From the NCBI GenBank assembly GCA_011911785.1, contig GCA_011911785.1_4084.1: a stretch of DNA of 64,000 nt, one strand, 5' to 3'. The notes under the pieces were generated by a model. That model did not search any database. It worked only from the letters and a program-made list of their open reading frames with translations, and was not told the DNA's origin. Numbering within the stretch: position 1 is the first letter of the stretch; every line of letters starts with the position of its first letter. Positions 20,464 through 28,890 of this stretch are shown here, piece by piece. The position numbers and the translations under genes are program-made. The DNA is from a phage.

Positions 20464-20511
20464 AATTCCTCCTTTATTCATTATACTATATTTAATCAAA
20501 AAAGAAAACCC

Positions 20512-20540
20512 TTGACACCCTTTCAGTACTGATGTACTAT
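20512..20540 (+). promoter_or_regulatory. Sigma70-type promoter TTGACA-17-TACTAT for the F3 array, in a divergent region
   Basis: Read directly; RBS TAAGGAG follows. Confidence 0.55.
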
Positions 20541-20565
20541 ATGAGAAATCTAAGGAGAATCGTAC

Positions 20566-20793
20566 ATGCCATATGCTCTAAAGTACTACATCAATGAACT
20601 AAATGAACTAGAGTACGCAAAGGTTCTCTCTGACCAATCGTGGCTAATTGAACTAAAAAATCATAAGAGCACAGGGTGTAACCTTATGCTTGGTAGTGCA
20701 CTGAATACCCTTACTGTGAGCATTGTACACAATACACTATTAGGGGATACCCGTAAACAATTTTTAAACATCTTAGTACTAGTGGCTATATGA
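20566..20793 (+). CDS. F3 family small protein (75 aa)
   Basis: First gene after promoter. Confidence 0.5.
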   Translation: MPYALKYYINELNELEYAKVLSDQSWLIELKNHKSTGCNLMLGSALNTLTVSIVHNTLLGDTRKQFLNILVLVAI

Positions 20794-20990
20794 ACATTAA
20801 CCCGTACTACATCAATGCATTGCACCCTGGGCTACAAGATGCAATGAAGAACCAAAAAACAGTACTGAAAAATGCTAAACGCATACCAGGACTCCTGAAC
20901 TCAAACAGGAATAACCTCATATGGAATGCAATAGAAGGTAACGAAAGTATGCAGTACTATTTCATCTTAACACTACTATTGGAGTACTAA
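20790..20990 (+). CDS. F3 family small protein (66 aa)
   Basis: N-term PYYINAL, C-term YYFILTLLLEY; start/stop overlap. Confidence 0.5.
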   Translation: MNINPYYINALHPGLQDAMKNQKTVLKNAKRIPGLLNSNRNNLIWNAIEGNESMQYYFILTLLLEY

Positions 20991-20991
20991 T

Positions 20992-21201
20992 ATGAATACT
21001 GAACATAAAGAATTCTACACCAAATACCTCAGCAACGAAGAACAAATGTTTCTAAGGAGTGTACCACCTGTAAGTATAGACACACCCAACACAAGGAATT
21101 GCTTTAATAATTGTATACGTAGTACTCTAGAAGCTATTGAATGCAATAACAAAAATATGCAGTACTCAAGTTTAATCGGACTAATATACTTCTATGAATA
21201 A
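20992..21201 (+). CDS. F3 family small protein (69 aa)
   Basis: N-term HKEFYTKYL, C-term LIYFYE. Confidence 0.5.
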   Translation: MNTEHKEFYTKYLSNEEQMFLRSVPPVSIDTPNTRNCFNNCIRSTLEAIECNNKNMQYSSLIGLIYFYE

Positions 21202-21385
21202 TCATAAAGATTTCTACTGTAGTAAACTACACGAACAATACAGGGACTCATTCCCTCAAGAACCTATGAGAAAGAATAGTCCCTTTTATAATTACGATTT
21301 CAGGTTGGAGACACGTTATGCAATAGAACAACCATTTACTTCAACTAAGTACCGCTCTATCCTGAACCTCATCTTTAAGTTCTAA
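21194..21385 (+). CDS. F3 family small protein (63 aa)
   Basis: N-term HKDFY, C-term LNLIFKF. Confidence 0.5.
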   Translation: MNNHKDFYCSKLHEQYRDSFPQEPMRKNSPFYNYDFRLETRYAIEQPFTSTKYRSILNLIFKF

Positions 21386-21396
21386 AAAGGTACTAT

Positions 21397-21609
21397 ATGA
21401 AAACTACAAACATTCATCAGTACTACATAGATATTCTCCCTAAAGATATACAGTTCATACTTAAACAAGAATTCAGTACTTTTTAAAAACTTAAAAGAAC
21501 CGCACCGAATGTACTCATCCAGCACCAAAAAAATGTCGTGCGTAATATTCTACAAGGTGCAACAGGGACCGAGTACTTTAATATAGTAAGGCTAATTACA
21601 TTACAATGA
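21397..21609 (+). pseudogene. F3 family member interrupted by in-frame TAA at 21484-21486
   Basis: Reading frame continues in the same frame after the stop and ends ..EYFNIVRLITLQ with family-like C-terminus. Confidence 0.45.
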
Positions 21610-21791
21610 ATCATATAAGCTACTATTACCAAAAACTATCCGACAGAGACAAGTACAGCCACAACTCCCATGTGTGGTACTACAAACGCGGCAGTATAAG
21701 AGACAAACAACATTACTTCTGTACTGCTATAAAAGAAACACTAACAACTAAGTACACGTACAGAGCAGTACTTAAACTTATTGAAATGTAG
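21606..21791 (+). CDS. F3 family small protein (61 aa)
   Basis: ATGA overlap; C-term LKLIEM. Confidence 0.5.
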   Translation: MNHISYYYQKLSDRDKYSHNSHVWYYKRGSIRDKQHYFCTAIKETLTTKYTYRAVLKLIEM

Positions 21792-21799
21792 AGAATACA

Positions 21800-21979
21800 A
21801 TGCTAGAATACTACCTAAGCGTAATTTACCCAGAAGATAGATACGGCTTCAATTACTTCTCAATGAGCTATCATTGTAGTTCGCAAAGAAAACAAAGAAA
21901 ATTACTCCTGAATTGTACTAAATTGGCACAGGACGAAATGTTCACATATAATGAAGTACTGAAACTAATCTCTATATAA
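21800..21979 (+). CDS. F3 family small protein (59 aa), not in ORF track
   Basis: Hand-translated MLEYYLSVIY..LKLISI. Confidence 0.4.
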   Translation: MLEYYLSVIYPEDRYGFNYFSMSYHCSSQRKQRKLLLNCTKLAQDEMFTYNEVLKLISI

Positions 21980-21989
21980 GGAATAAACT

Positions 21990-22169
21990 ATGCTAGAGTA
22001 CTACACCGATAATCTCAGTACTAAGGATCGTTTCATGTACGACACCTTCGTGAAGTACTACAACATAGGAACAAAAAGTACTAAAACTATTAATCTCAAT
22101 AGCTGCATTCATCACGTCCTGACAAAAAATAACCCATACAGAGAAATAATCTCGCTTGTAACAGTATAA
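21990..22169 (+). CDS. F3 family small protein (59 aa), not in ORF track
   Basis: Hand-translated MLEYYTDNL..ISLVTV. Confidence 0.4.
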   Translation: MLEYYTDNLSTKDRFMYDTFVKYYNIGTKSTKTINLNSCIHHVLTKNNPYREIISLVTV

Positions 22170-22197
22170 GCAGTATAAGCAATTTAAGGAGACTAAA

Positions 22198-22869
22198 ATG
22201 AAACTCAATCCACAAAGCAAACGATACCTACAGCACTTTAAGTACCTACAATCAATCCAGGCTGAATCTACCACTAATGCATATACTTATCATCCTAATG
22301 TACTAAAGAACCTAAAGAAAAGTAAAAAAACCAGTACAAATGGAGTTAACGTATCAAAGAACCTTGAATTGTACATGAAGAAAAATAATATAGCTGTTCA
22401 TTATATGAATATCTATAATACTGATTTAAAAGTATTGAGTACTAATACGAGCATGAAGGTACTAAAGAACGCATCCTTCATCATCCATATGCAGTTGGAT
22501 AATACCCCGTGCACTTTAATGCTATACTTCGGGAATACATACTTCTTCGGGAATTGTAACACCTCCCACGATGTCAATACAGCACAATTCCAAATGGGTG
22601 GCATATACAGTATGGGTTCAGAAGAAATACACGATAACATGCATTTCTTCCAACAGCAACGTACAGAAGAAACTAAATCAATTGTAGAATTCCTCAAAGA
22701 ACTACAAGGCAAAGAATTATCAGAAGAAGAACTATTCATGTACAGTACTGTAATCGATAATCCTGTACTGTACAAAAACGCGTACAATCTTACAAAACAT
22801 GTACAGGAACTTATCAGTACTAATAAGAAAATTCATCACCTCATTACATATATTACAAACTATGCATAA
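22198..22869 (+). CDS. F2-like protein (223 aa) sitting inside the F3 array
   Basis: Motif SEEELFMYSTVID matches F2 signature; RBS AAGGAG. Confidence 0.5.
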   Translation: MKLNPQSKRYLQHFKYLQSIQAESTTNAYTYHPNVLKNLKKSKKTSTNGVNVSKNLELYMKKNNIAVHYMNIYNTDLKVLSTNTSMKVLKNASFIIHMQLDNTPCTLMLYFGNTYFFGNCNTSHDVNTAQFQMGGIYSMGSEEIHDNMHFFQQQRTEETKSIVEFLKELQGKELSEEELFMYSTVIDNPVLYKNAYNLTKHVQELISTNKKIHHLITYITNYA

Positions 22870-23044
22870 AGAATACTACGTAAGTAAACTTACAATAGAT
22901 CTCCAAAAACTTATTCCCCAAAAACCTGTAGATTTCAAAGATAAAAGCCAAACTATATTCTACCGATATCAAACAGAATCTGCAATAAATGAAGATGATA
23001 TCTATAACCTGTACAATGTACTAACACTTATATACAGGTACTAA
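22862..23044 (+). CDS. F3 family small protein (60 aa)
   Basis: MHKEYYVSKL; track start 22799 rejected. Confidence 0.5.
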   Translation: MHKEYYVSKLTIDLQKLIPQKPVDFKDKSQTIFYRYQTESAINEDDIYNLYNVLTLIYRY

Positions 23045-23045
23045 T

Positions 23046-23234
23046 ATGCACAAAGAATACTACACAAAATATTTCCCAATGTACCTCAGAACTAATCTAT
23101 TAGATAAACCTCGCGGTATCAATGCACAAAACGATAAAAAGTACTTTACTATGTGCACTAAAGCATGTATACAAGATTATGATAGCTATCATCGAGTACT
23201 GTACCACACCCTGTACCTCGCATTCGTGTACTAA
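23046..23234 (+). CDS. F3 family small protein (62 aa)
   Basis: MHKEYYTKYF..LYLAFVY. Confidence 0.5.
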   Translation: MHKEYYTKYFPMYLRTNLLDKPRGINAQNDKKYFTMCTKACIQDYDSYHRVLYHTLYLAFVY

Positions 23235-23243
23235 GGAAATCAT

Positions 23244-23444
23244 ATGCATAAAGAACACTACATAAAAGAACTACCAAAGTTTCTACAAGGCAATCTATTA
23301 GATGATGAACCTCGCGACATTAACTGTATATACGAAGCTGATTACTTCCGTACATGTACTGAACAAGTACTTAATGAAGAAGTTAATGAAAACAATTCTC
23401 AAGTGCAACTGTACCACACTCTGTATCTCGCGTTCCAGTACTAA
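23244..23444 (+). CDS. F3 family small protein (66 aa)
   Basis: MHKEHYIKEL..LYLAFQY. Confidence 0.5.
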   Translation: MHKEHYIKELPKFLQGNLLDDEPRDINCIYEADYFRTCTEQVLNEEVNENNSQVQLYHTLYLAFQY

Positions 23445-23452
23445 GGACTAAT

Positions 23453-23635
23453 ATGTATAAAGAATTTTATAAAGATCATCTCCCAATGCATCTCCAACAC
23501 CATGTGCCAACAAAACCATTGGGCATAAAAGATCATGCAAAAATAATGTTCCAACAATGTACTAAGTACACCCTAATATACGATGACAATCCATATATGC
23601 TGTACTACATAACAATGCTAATATTCAGGTACTAA
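23453..23635 (+). CDS. F3 family small protein (60 aa)
   Basis: MYKEFYKDHL..MLIFRY. Confidence 0.5.
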   Translation: MYKEFYKDHLPMHLQHHVPTKPLGIKDHAKIMFQQCTKYTLIYDDNPYMLYYITMLIFRY

Positions 23636-23637
23636 TC

Positions 23638-23838
23638 ATGTATAAAGAATACTATATGAGTAAACTATCAAGCACCGAAAGAATCTGGTGCGGAGCCGCC
23701 GCCCCCGTTAATCCAAAAAGTGCATACGCAAAAATGTGCTTTAGGAAAGCTACAACGAACTCAATTGAAGCTCTAGAACAAGATGACACTAAAGCACTAT
23801 ACTCTAACCTAATGTTGCTAGTATATATCTATGGATAA
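23638..23838 (+). CDS. F3 family small protein (66 aa)
   Basis: MYKEYYMSKL..LLVYIYG. Confidence 0.5.
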   Translation: MYKEYYMSKLSSTERIWCGAAAPVNPKSAYAKMCFRKATTNSIEALEQDDTKALYSNLMLLVYIYG

Positions 23839-24022
23839 TTATAAAGAATACTATAAACAATTTGTTAAAGAGAACTACAAAGATGCCGTCCCCGTAATCC
23901 CTTTAAATTCCCATGACCCAAGTTCTATATTCTTGTTTAAGGACGCAATACGTACAGTACTCAATACTAAAGATGAACAGGTGCAGTACGTATTCTTACT
24001 ATTACTTATATACAGACACTAA
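23831..24022 (+). CDS. F3 family small protein (63 aa)
   Basis: MDNYKEYYKQF..LLLIYRH. Confidence 0.5.
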   Translation: MDNYKEYYKQFVKENYKDAVPVIPLNSHDPSSIFLFKDAIRTVLNTKDEQVQYVFLLLLIYRH

Positions 24023-24023
24023 T

Positions 24024-24221
24024 ATGAATGACCATAAAGAATTCTATATAAGTAAACTCAAAGAGAATGAACAAGTATGGATTAACGCTCTAATCCCTCT
24101 ACCAATGACTCGATATGAATTTAATAAATGTACTAATATAGCAATAGACCCTTCTCCTGTTCTAGAGAATGTACAGTACAATCAGTACTACTATATCTTA
24201 ATGCTTATATATAGGAAGTAA
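24024..24221 (+). CDS. F3 family small protein (65 aa)
   Basis: MNDHKEFYISKL..MLIYRK; track start 23913 rejected. Confidence 0.5.
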   Translation: MNDHKEFYISKLKENEQVWINALIPLPMTRYEFNKCTNIAIDPSPVLENVQYNQYYYILMLIYRK

Positions 24222-24339
24222 TTAAACACATATAGCTAGGGGAAGCTCCGTAGTGCAAGCATTATACAGGCTTTAACATATGTTGCATATGTTAAAATTC
24301 AGCCTGGACAAATGCGATCACTAGGATTCTCCCCAGGCT

Positions 24340-24400
24340 AAACCCCGTAATCATAGGTAGTCATAAGTAATCATATATAAACATTTAAGTAATCATTTAT
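24340..24400. repeat. Cluster of direct 8-mer repeats GTAATCAT (4-5 copies)
   Basis: Read directly in non-coding region. Confidence 0.6.
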
Positions 24401-24613
24401 AATCATTGCAGTGAAGAGTATTGAGTACTGTTTCCCCTATATGATTCAGTACTGATATCCCACTAAGTAGGCAAATGAAGTCGCCCAAAATTTACATAAT
24501 TTTACAGTACTGAACAATTGCAAAACAAATCATTTCCAATCAAAAGTAATCACGGAATGACCAGTACTGAAAACTCCCAATCACCTATTCAAAAAAGTTC
24601 AATTTACCCTTTG

Positions 24614-24656
24614 TCAAAAATCCCGAATACCCATTGGGGAAAATTCCGAATACCCC
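24614..24656. repeat. Direct repeat AAAAT(C/T)CCGAATACCC, 2 copies
   Basis: Read directly. Confidence 0.6.
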
Positions 24657-24851
24657 TTGAGGCTCCAGCAAAAAGTTGGTTAGTACTCCATTGTAAATCT
24701 GGATCGTAAAAATTTTGGAGTACCTATGAAATAAAAGTTGGATCTTCGAAAGTTGAAATTTACATTGGGACATATAGGATTAGTGGGATATAATGAGTTT
24801 TGAAGAGATACAGAAGATATGTTTTCAGTACTGAATAATGAAAGAAATCTA

Positions 24852-24879
24852 TTGACATTATGATTCAGTACTGTATAAT
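24852..24879 (+). promoter_or_regulatory. Orphan sigma70 promoter TTGACA-16-TGTATAAT (extended -10)
   Basis: No CDS within 1.2 kb downstream. Confidence 0.5.
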
Positions 24880-25280
24880 GTTCTACATAGAGTGATGGAT
24901 TGCCGCAAACAATTCAGAGCCTTAACCCTCCTGTCGTGAGACAGTACAGAAGAGATTGAATCCTCCTATGCAGTGGTTCATCTTTGACAACCTCTTTTTT
25001 CGTAATATAAACAGTACTGTTATTAACAGAATGGTAGCAGTACTGATATTAATCTAATATAATGTTACCATGCAATGTGGTGAATTTCCCTTAACAGTAT
25101 TCAGTACTACATGATAGTCTTCATCCTCCTAGGGTAACATAGTGAGGGCTATTGTGGCAGTACTGAATACTCCTTTCACAAGATAGATCTATGGTATAGT
25201 ACTGACGGATTTTGGGCGTAGTAACCCTGGGTGGATTTTGGACGTAGAGATGCCTAGCCCTCCAGAAGTCTGGAAGTAAA

Positions 25281-25409
25281 GATGGCTATCCCTCTAGACG
25301 GCTGGATGGCTAGATTTCTAGATGGCTGTACTGCTAGACGTTTGGACGGCTAAACGGCTAAACGGCTAAACGGCTAGATGGTTAAACGTCTGGATGTATA
25401 GACGGCTAA
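25281..25409. repeat. Iteron-like array of 8-bp direct repeats (AAACGGCT x3 tandem plus about 8 degenerate copies), followed by an AT-rich tract
   Basis: GGCTAAACGGCTAAACGGCTAAACGGCTAGATGG and flanking variants read directly. Confidence 0.7.
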
Positions 25410-25566
25410 ATCAAAATTTTTATTTTGTTTTTTCCAATAGTTCCCCTACCGCGTGGGGATGGTTTCCCCGCAGTATCTGGAGTTAGATTTTTCTGAATCT
25501 GGAATCATTATCTAATAAACTGGGGGCAATGTCAACCGCCTGGATGAATATTTTTAAAAATAATCT

Positions 25567-25646
25567 AGTACTGAATTTTGGGCGTAACTATGCACCCGGT
25601 GGGCTAGAGTCTTTCTCGACTTGATGAAATAATTATAGCAGTACTG
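25567..25646. repeat. ~80-bp repeat element (copy 1) containing GCACCCGGTGGGC and TAATTATA, flanked by AGTACTG
   Basis: Related copies at 25786-25868 and 29147-29230. Confidence 0.55.
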
Positions 25647-25785
25647 AATGATAAAAGCAATAGCCTAAGTGTAAAAAGTTTTAATTAATTTGCTTGCCAT
25701 CCTGGGGCGTACTATGGTACTATGATTCAGTACTGAGAAAGTGCTTTTACCTGCTAGGGTGCGGGAGTGTATCCTTTTTAAATTT

Positions 25786-25868
25786 ACTGAATTTTGGGCG
25801 TAGTTCCGCACCCCCTGGGGTATCCGCTTTCTCGCGTCTATGTAGTAATTATACGCTTTTTTAGTACT
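25786..25868. repeat. ~80-bp repeat element (copy 2)
   Basis: Aligns with 25567-25646. Confidence 0.5.
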
Positions 25869-26077
25869 GAGTCAATAGCTAAAAACAAAATAATTGAAAA
25901 TAATTTAACGCGTTTAAATGGCCCGTAAAGCCCTGGATTGTTGGGAGTGGTGCAAATGTATAGCTTAGGTGTATTAATGCGTTAGAATGCGTATGAGGCC
26001 GTTTTAAGGGTATAGTACTGAATAATAGTACTCCTATATAGAAAGAAAACTATTTTAAAAAGTATTTGTAGAAAGTA

Positions 26078-26106
26078 CTTGCAAAGTATTGGGAAAGGTG
26101 TAGAAT
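26078..26106 (+). promoter_or_regulatory. Type-B early promoter CTTGCA-17-TAGAAT; 5' stem-loop at 26120-26138
   Basis: A-rich upstream tract; hairpin AGCGGGAA-cac-TTCCCGCT in the leader. Confidence 0.55.
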
Positions 26107-26161
26107 GTTTTACATCGAGAGCGGGAACACTTCCCGCTACACTTTAAGAGAGATTAAAACG

Positions 26162-26524
26162 ATGGCTACTCAAATCAATAAAATTATTGCTAACCTGGTT
26201 AACTTCCGCGAAGAGATGAAAGGTCTTCCGGCTGAAACTGTAAAGATTCACATTTCAGCTTATCGGGAATTGATTGCGATGTTACCGCTTAAGCGTGAAC
26301 AATACGCCGCTACCGTGATGCTTGATGCGATGATCCACAAGATGATTGCCAGTGATTTAACGATGGCTTATCAGTACATGGGCGAAATGTTTGCGGTGTA
26401 TAGTAAACCAGTACCAGGGATGGAAAGTACCGAAGTATTGCACGGTTTAAACTTAAAACAAGATGCATGGGATAATATGCCTCGTTTCCTGGTATGGGCT
26501 GACAGTGGCAAGATTTACGAATAA
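26162..26524 (+). CDS. Hypothetical small early protein (120 aa)
   Basis: Start moved downstream of leader hairpin; RBS AAGAGAG. Confidence 0.5.
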   Translation: MATQINKIIANLVNFREEMKGLPAETVKIHISAYRELIAMLPLKREQYAATVMLDAMIHKMIASDLTMAYQYMGEMFAVYSKPVPGMESTEVLHGLNLKQDAWDNMPRFLVWADSGKIYE

Positions 26525-26537
26525 GTTTTAAAAAGTA

Positions 26538-26566
26538 CTTGCAAACTAAGTTTAAAAGCGTATAAT
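26538..26566 (+). promoter_or_regulatory. Type-B early promoter AAAAAGTACTTGCA-17-TATAAT; 5' stem-loop at 26579-26597
   Basis: Read directly; hairpin GTGGGGA-atagt-TCCCCAC. Confidence 0.6.
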
Positions 26567-26618
26567 ACTTTCTATCAGGTGGGGAATAGTTCCCCACTAC
26601 AAATAAGAGAATTTAAAA

Positions 26619-26858
26619 ATGGCTACTACTAAAACTTTCAACGGTCACAAAAACAAAACTCAATGGAATGTAAGCCTTTGGATTAATAACGATGAGTCAT
26701 TGTATCGTCTGGCGAAAGAATTTATCGACGCTAATACTAATCGTAATGATGCGGCCCGTCATATGATGCTATTTTTAGAACAAATTGGACAAGATAAAAC
26801 ACCGGACGGATTCAAGTATAGCACTACTGCGATCCGTGCTGCAATGGTTGGCATGTAA
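26619..26858 (+). CDS. Hypothetical small early protein (79 aa)
   Basis: Own promoter cassette; start ATGGCT. Confidence 0.55.
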   Translation: MATTKTFNGHKNKTQWNVSLWINNDESLYRLAKEFIDANTNRNDAARHMMLFLEQIGQDKTPDGFKYSTTAIRAAMVGM

Positions 26859-26939
26859 GAGAATAGATTAAAAGTACTATTGCACGGTGATAGTACTTTA
26901 TAATAGATTTCTTTTATACATCAACGATGGGGTAACAGC

Positions 26940-27206
26940 ATGAATATTATATACTTTGCAACGCGTGAACTAGCTCGGATTGCAGCACGCCAGGACGGGG
27001 CGACGTTTAAAGATATGGGTGTACAATCGGAACGTGGTAAACGTTGGGCCGTAGTAAAGCAAAGTACAGCCCGATCAATTCAGTACTGGTTAGCGGCGTT
27101 AAAAAGTCCTGATAGTGTATCGCGTCGAGTAGTAGAAATAAAGCACGACCGCAAGGGCAACCGTGTTACTGTGTACAGTACTAAAAAGATTGCAGTACTT
27201 GAATAA
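26940..27206 (+). CDS. Hypothetical small early protein (88 aa); paralog of 38093-38488
   Basis: Shared FYATRE..FKDMG..HDRKGNRVTVYS. Confidence 0.55.
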   Translation: MNIIYFATRELARIAARQDGATFKDMGVQSERGKRWAVVKQSTARSIQYWLAALKSPDSVSRRVVEIKHDRKGNRVTVYSTKKIAVLE

Positions 27207-27211
27207 AAGTA

Positions 27212-27240
27212 CTTGCATACTAAGTTTAAAAGCGTATAAT
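27212..27240 (+). promoter_or_regulatory. Type-B early promoter CTTGCA-17-TATAAT; 5' stem-loop at 27253-27271
   Basis: Read directly. Confidence 0.6.
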
Positions 27241-27292
27241 ACTTTATATCAGGTGGGGAATACTTCCCCACTACAATGAAGAGGATTTTAAA

Positions 27293-27523
27293 ATGGCTAT
27301 CATGTATATGACCGAAGTTAAAACCGTAAAAGATACTACCACTAATAAAACTACTTACTTACAGCGGGTATGCGGTGTATGGCAACGTATTAGTAAAGCA
27401 AAGTACTTTAAATTAACATCATATGCTAATCGTTCGGATTCATTCAGTACTGAAATAAAAGGTAATAAATTACACCAATACGGCACTTATTATTATTATA
27501 GCCTGGACGCGATTGCAGTCTAA
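27293..27523 (+). CDS. Hypothetical small early protein (76 aa)
   Basis: RBS GAGGA; promoter cassette. Confidence 0.55.
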   Translation: MAIMYMTEVKTVKDTTTNKTTYLQRVCGVWQRISKAKYFKLTSYANRSDSFSTEIKGNKLHQYGTYYYYSLDAIAV

Positions 27524-27807
27524 GCAGTTTACAAATCTTTACAATTGCCGGTATTGACTTATTTTGTCAGTACTGGCATAATGTATCTATTGAAACGAAC
27601 AATTTGGCCCACGGGGTGCGGGAGTGTATCTATAGAAAAAGTAGTTTAGTACAGTTACAATTGTGCACCCGGTGGGTTAGCTGTTGTCATGGGGTATATT
27701 ATACCAGTACTTGATAATGCTGTCAATACTTTTTTTTACTATTCAGTACTGAAAACTATTTTTAAAAAGTACTTGCAAACTATGTTTAAAGGCGTATAAT
27801 GTTTTAC

Positions 27808-27883
27808 ATCAGGACGGGGAACGAAATAAGTAACTCCCCGTTAAGTAGCCCAGGAGTAAGGCATACGAAAAACTCCCCTGATA
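27808..27883 (+). other. Conserved ~76-nt structured leader element between tandem promoters (candidate small RNA or 5' leader)
   Basis: Second copy at 36895-36970; internal hairpin ACGGGGA..TCCCCGT; outer ATCAGG/CCTGAT; no start codon inside. Confidence 0.35.
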
Positions 27884-27889
27884 AAATAG

Positions 27890-27917
27890 TTTGACAATTG
27901 TTTTTAAAAGCGTATAA
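27890..27917 (+). promoter_or_regulatory. Early promoter TTGACA-16-TATAAT; 5' stem-loop at 27930-27953
   Basis: Read directly. Confidence 0.6.
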
Positions 27918-27973
27918 TACTTTACATCGAGGCGGGGGAATGATTCTCCCGCCTATAACCAGGAGTAAGCATC

Positions 27974-28207
27974 ATGATCGAACAAATCAAAACTACTACA
28001 AGCCGGACTGGAACGAAAGTACATTGCATCGCTGATAACGAAAAAGGCGTACCCTATTGTGCTGTACACGTAAACACAGATGGCGACTATTGGTTAACTG
28101 TATATGGGAGTTATTCGTTTGCTCGACCTGCTCATAGTAAGATCCTGGACGTAGTGAAGCCTACCGGAAAGGATATCACGGTAGAAAAATATTTTACTAA
28201 GCACTAA
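27974..28207 (+). CDS. Hypothetical small early protein (77 aa)
   Basis: RBS AGGAG. Confidence 0.55.
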   Translation: MIEQIKTTTSRTGTKVHCIADNEKGVPYCAVHVNTDGDYWLTVYGSYSFARPAHSKILDVVKPTGKDITVEKYFTKH

Positions 28208-28295
28208 AAAGTACTTGCATACTAAGTTTAAACGAGTATAATACTTTATATCGAGGCGGGGGAATGGTTCCCCTGCATTTACAGAGGATTATCTA

Positions 28296-28583
28296 ATGAG
28301 CAAAGTAATTGACTATAAAGTGTTAACCAAATCATTTTCTATCAGCCAGTGCACCGATGGTTATTGGCTTTATGATGAAACACGCGGCATGAATTTAGCT
28401 ATGCGGGAGAAAACTGCTGAGGCGGCGTATGTGCAAGCCCTGGAATACTACCAGAAACGTTTAAAGGAAGTAGAAGAGGATTATAAAAGCCTCAAAGAGA
28501 AAGTAGATAATTTCGTCGGTCAATTCGTTGACGATGACGAGGAAGACGGGTACTACTGCAACCGCTGCGGATCTTACAATTAA
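28296..28583 (+). CDS. Hypothetical small early protein (95 aa)
   Basis: RBS GAGGA; C-terminal CNRCG. Confidence 0.55.
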   Translation: MSKVIDYKVLTKSFSISQCTDGYWLYDETRGMNLAMREKTAEAAYVQALEYYQKRLKEVEEDYKSLKEKVDNFVGQFVDDDEEDGYYCNRCGSYN

Positions 28584-28600
28584 GTACTGAGGATTATCTA

Positions 28601-28804
28601 ATGAGTGATTTAATCGACCGTATCAAAGAGCTTGAAGAAAAAGAATTGCAGTTAATCGGCTTACAAAATAAAATCTTTCATGATTTGGGGAGTTTTATCA
28701 ATGCCTGGGATAGTGGCGATCCTGCTGCGTTACCTGCTAACCGCGAGGCGATGATCAATGATGTGCGTGGTGTCTTTGAGTATGTTTTAAAGCAATTAAA
28801 TTAA
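28601..28804 (+). CDS. Hypothetical small early protein (67 aa)
   Basis: Same RBS context GAGGATTATCTAATGAG as upstream gene. Confidence 0.55.
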   Translation: MSDLIDRIKELEEKELQLIGLQNKIFHDLGSFINAWDSGDPAALPANREAMINDVRGVFEYVLKQLN

Positions 28805-28811
28805 AAAAGTA

Positions 28812-28840
28812 CTTGCAATTAGTTTTCAGTACTGTATAAT
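28812..28840 (+). promoter_or_regulatory. Type-B early promoter CTTGCA-17-TGTATAAT; 5' stem-loop at 28854-28871
   Basis: Read directly. Confidence 0.6.
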
Positions 28841-28890
28841 AGTTTACATCAAGGGGAGAAATGGTTCTCCCTGGTAATGAGGAAAATAAA

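Noticed and set aside
24518-24773. ORFs 24518-24709 (+) and 24585-24773 (-) inside the non-coding island
   Set aside because: No RBS, overlap each other, composed largely of the repeated AAAATCCCGAATACCC and AGTACT elements
24222-26100. Possible tRNA cluster, by analogy with T4 where tRNA genes lie near denV/e
   Set aside because: No GGTTCGAATCC-type T-loop or acceptor/anticodon stem arrangement found by eye; needs tRNAscan-SE to be sure
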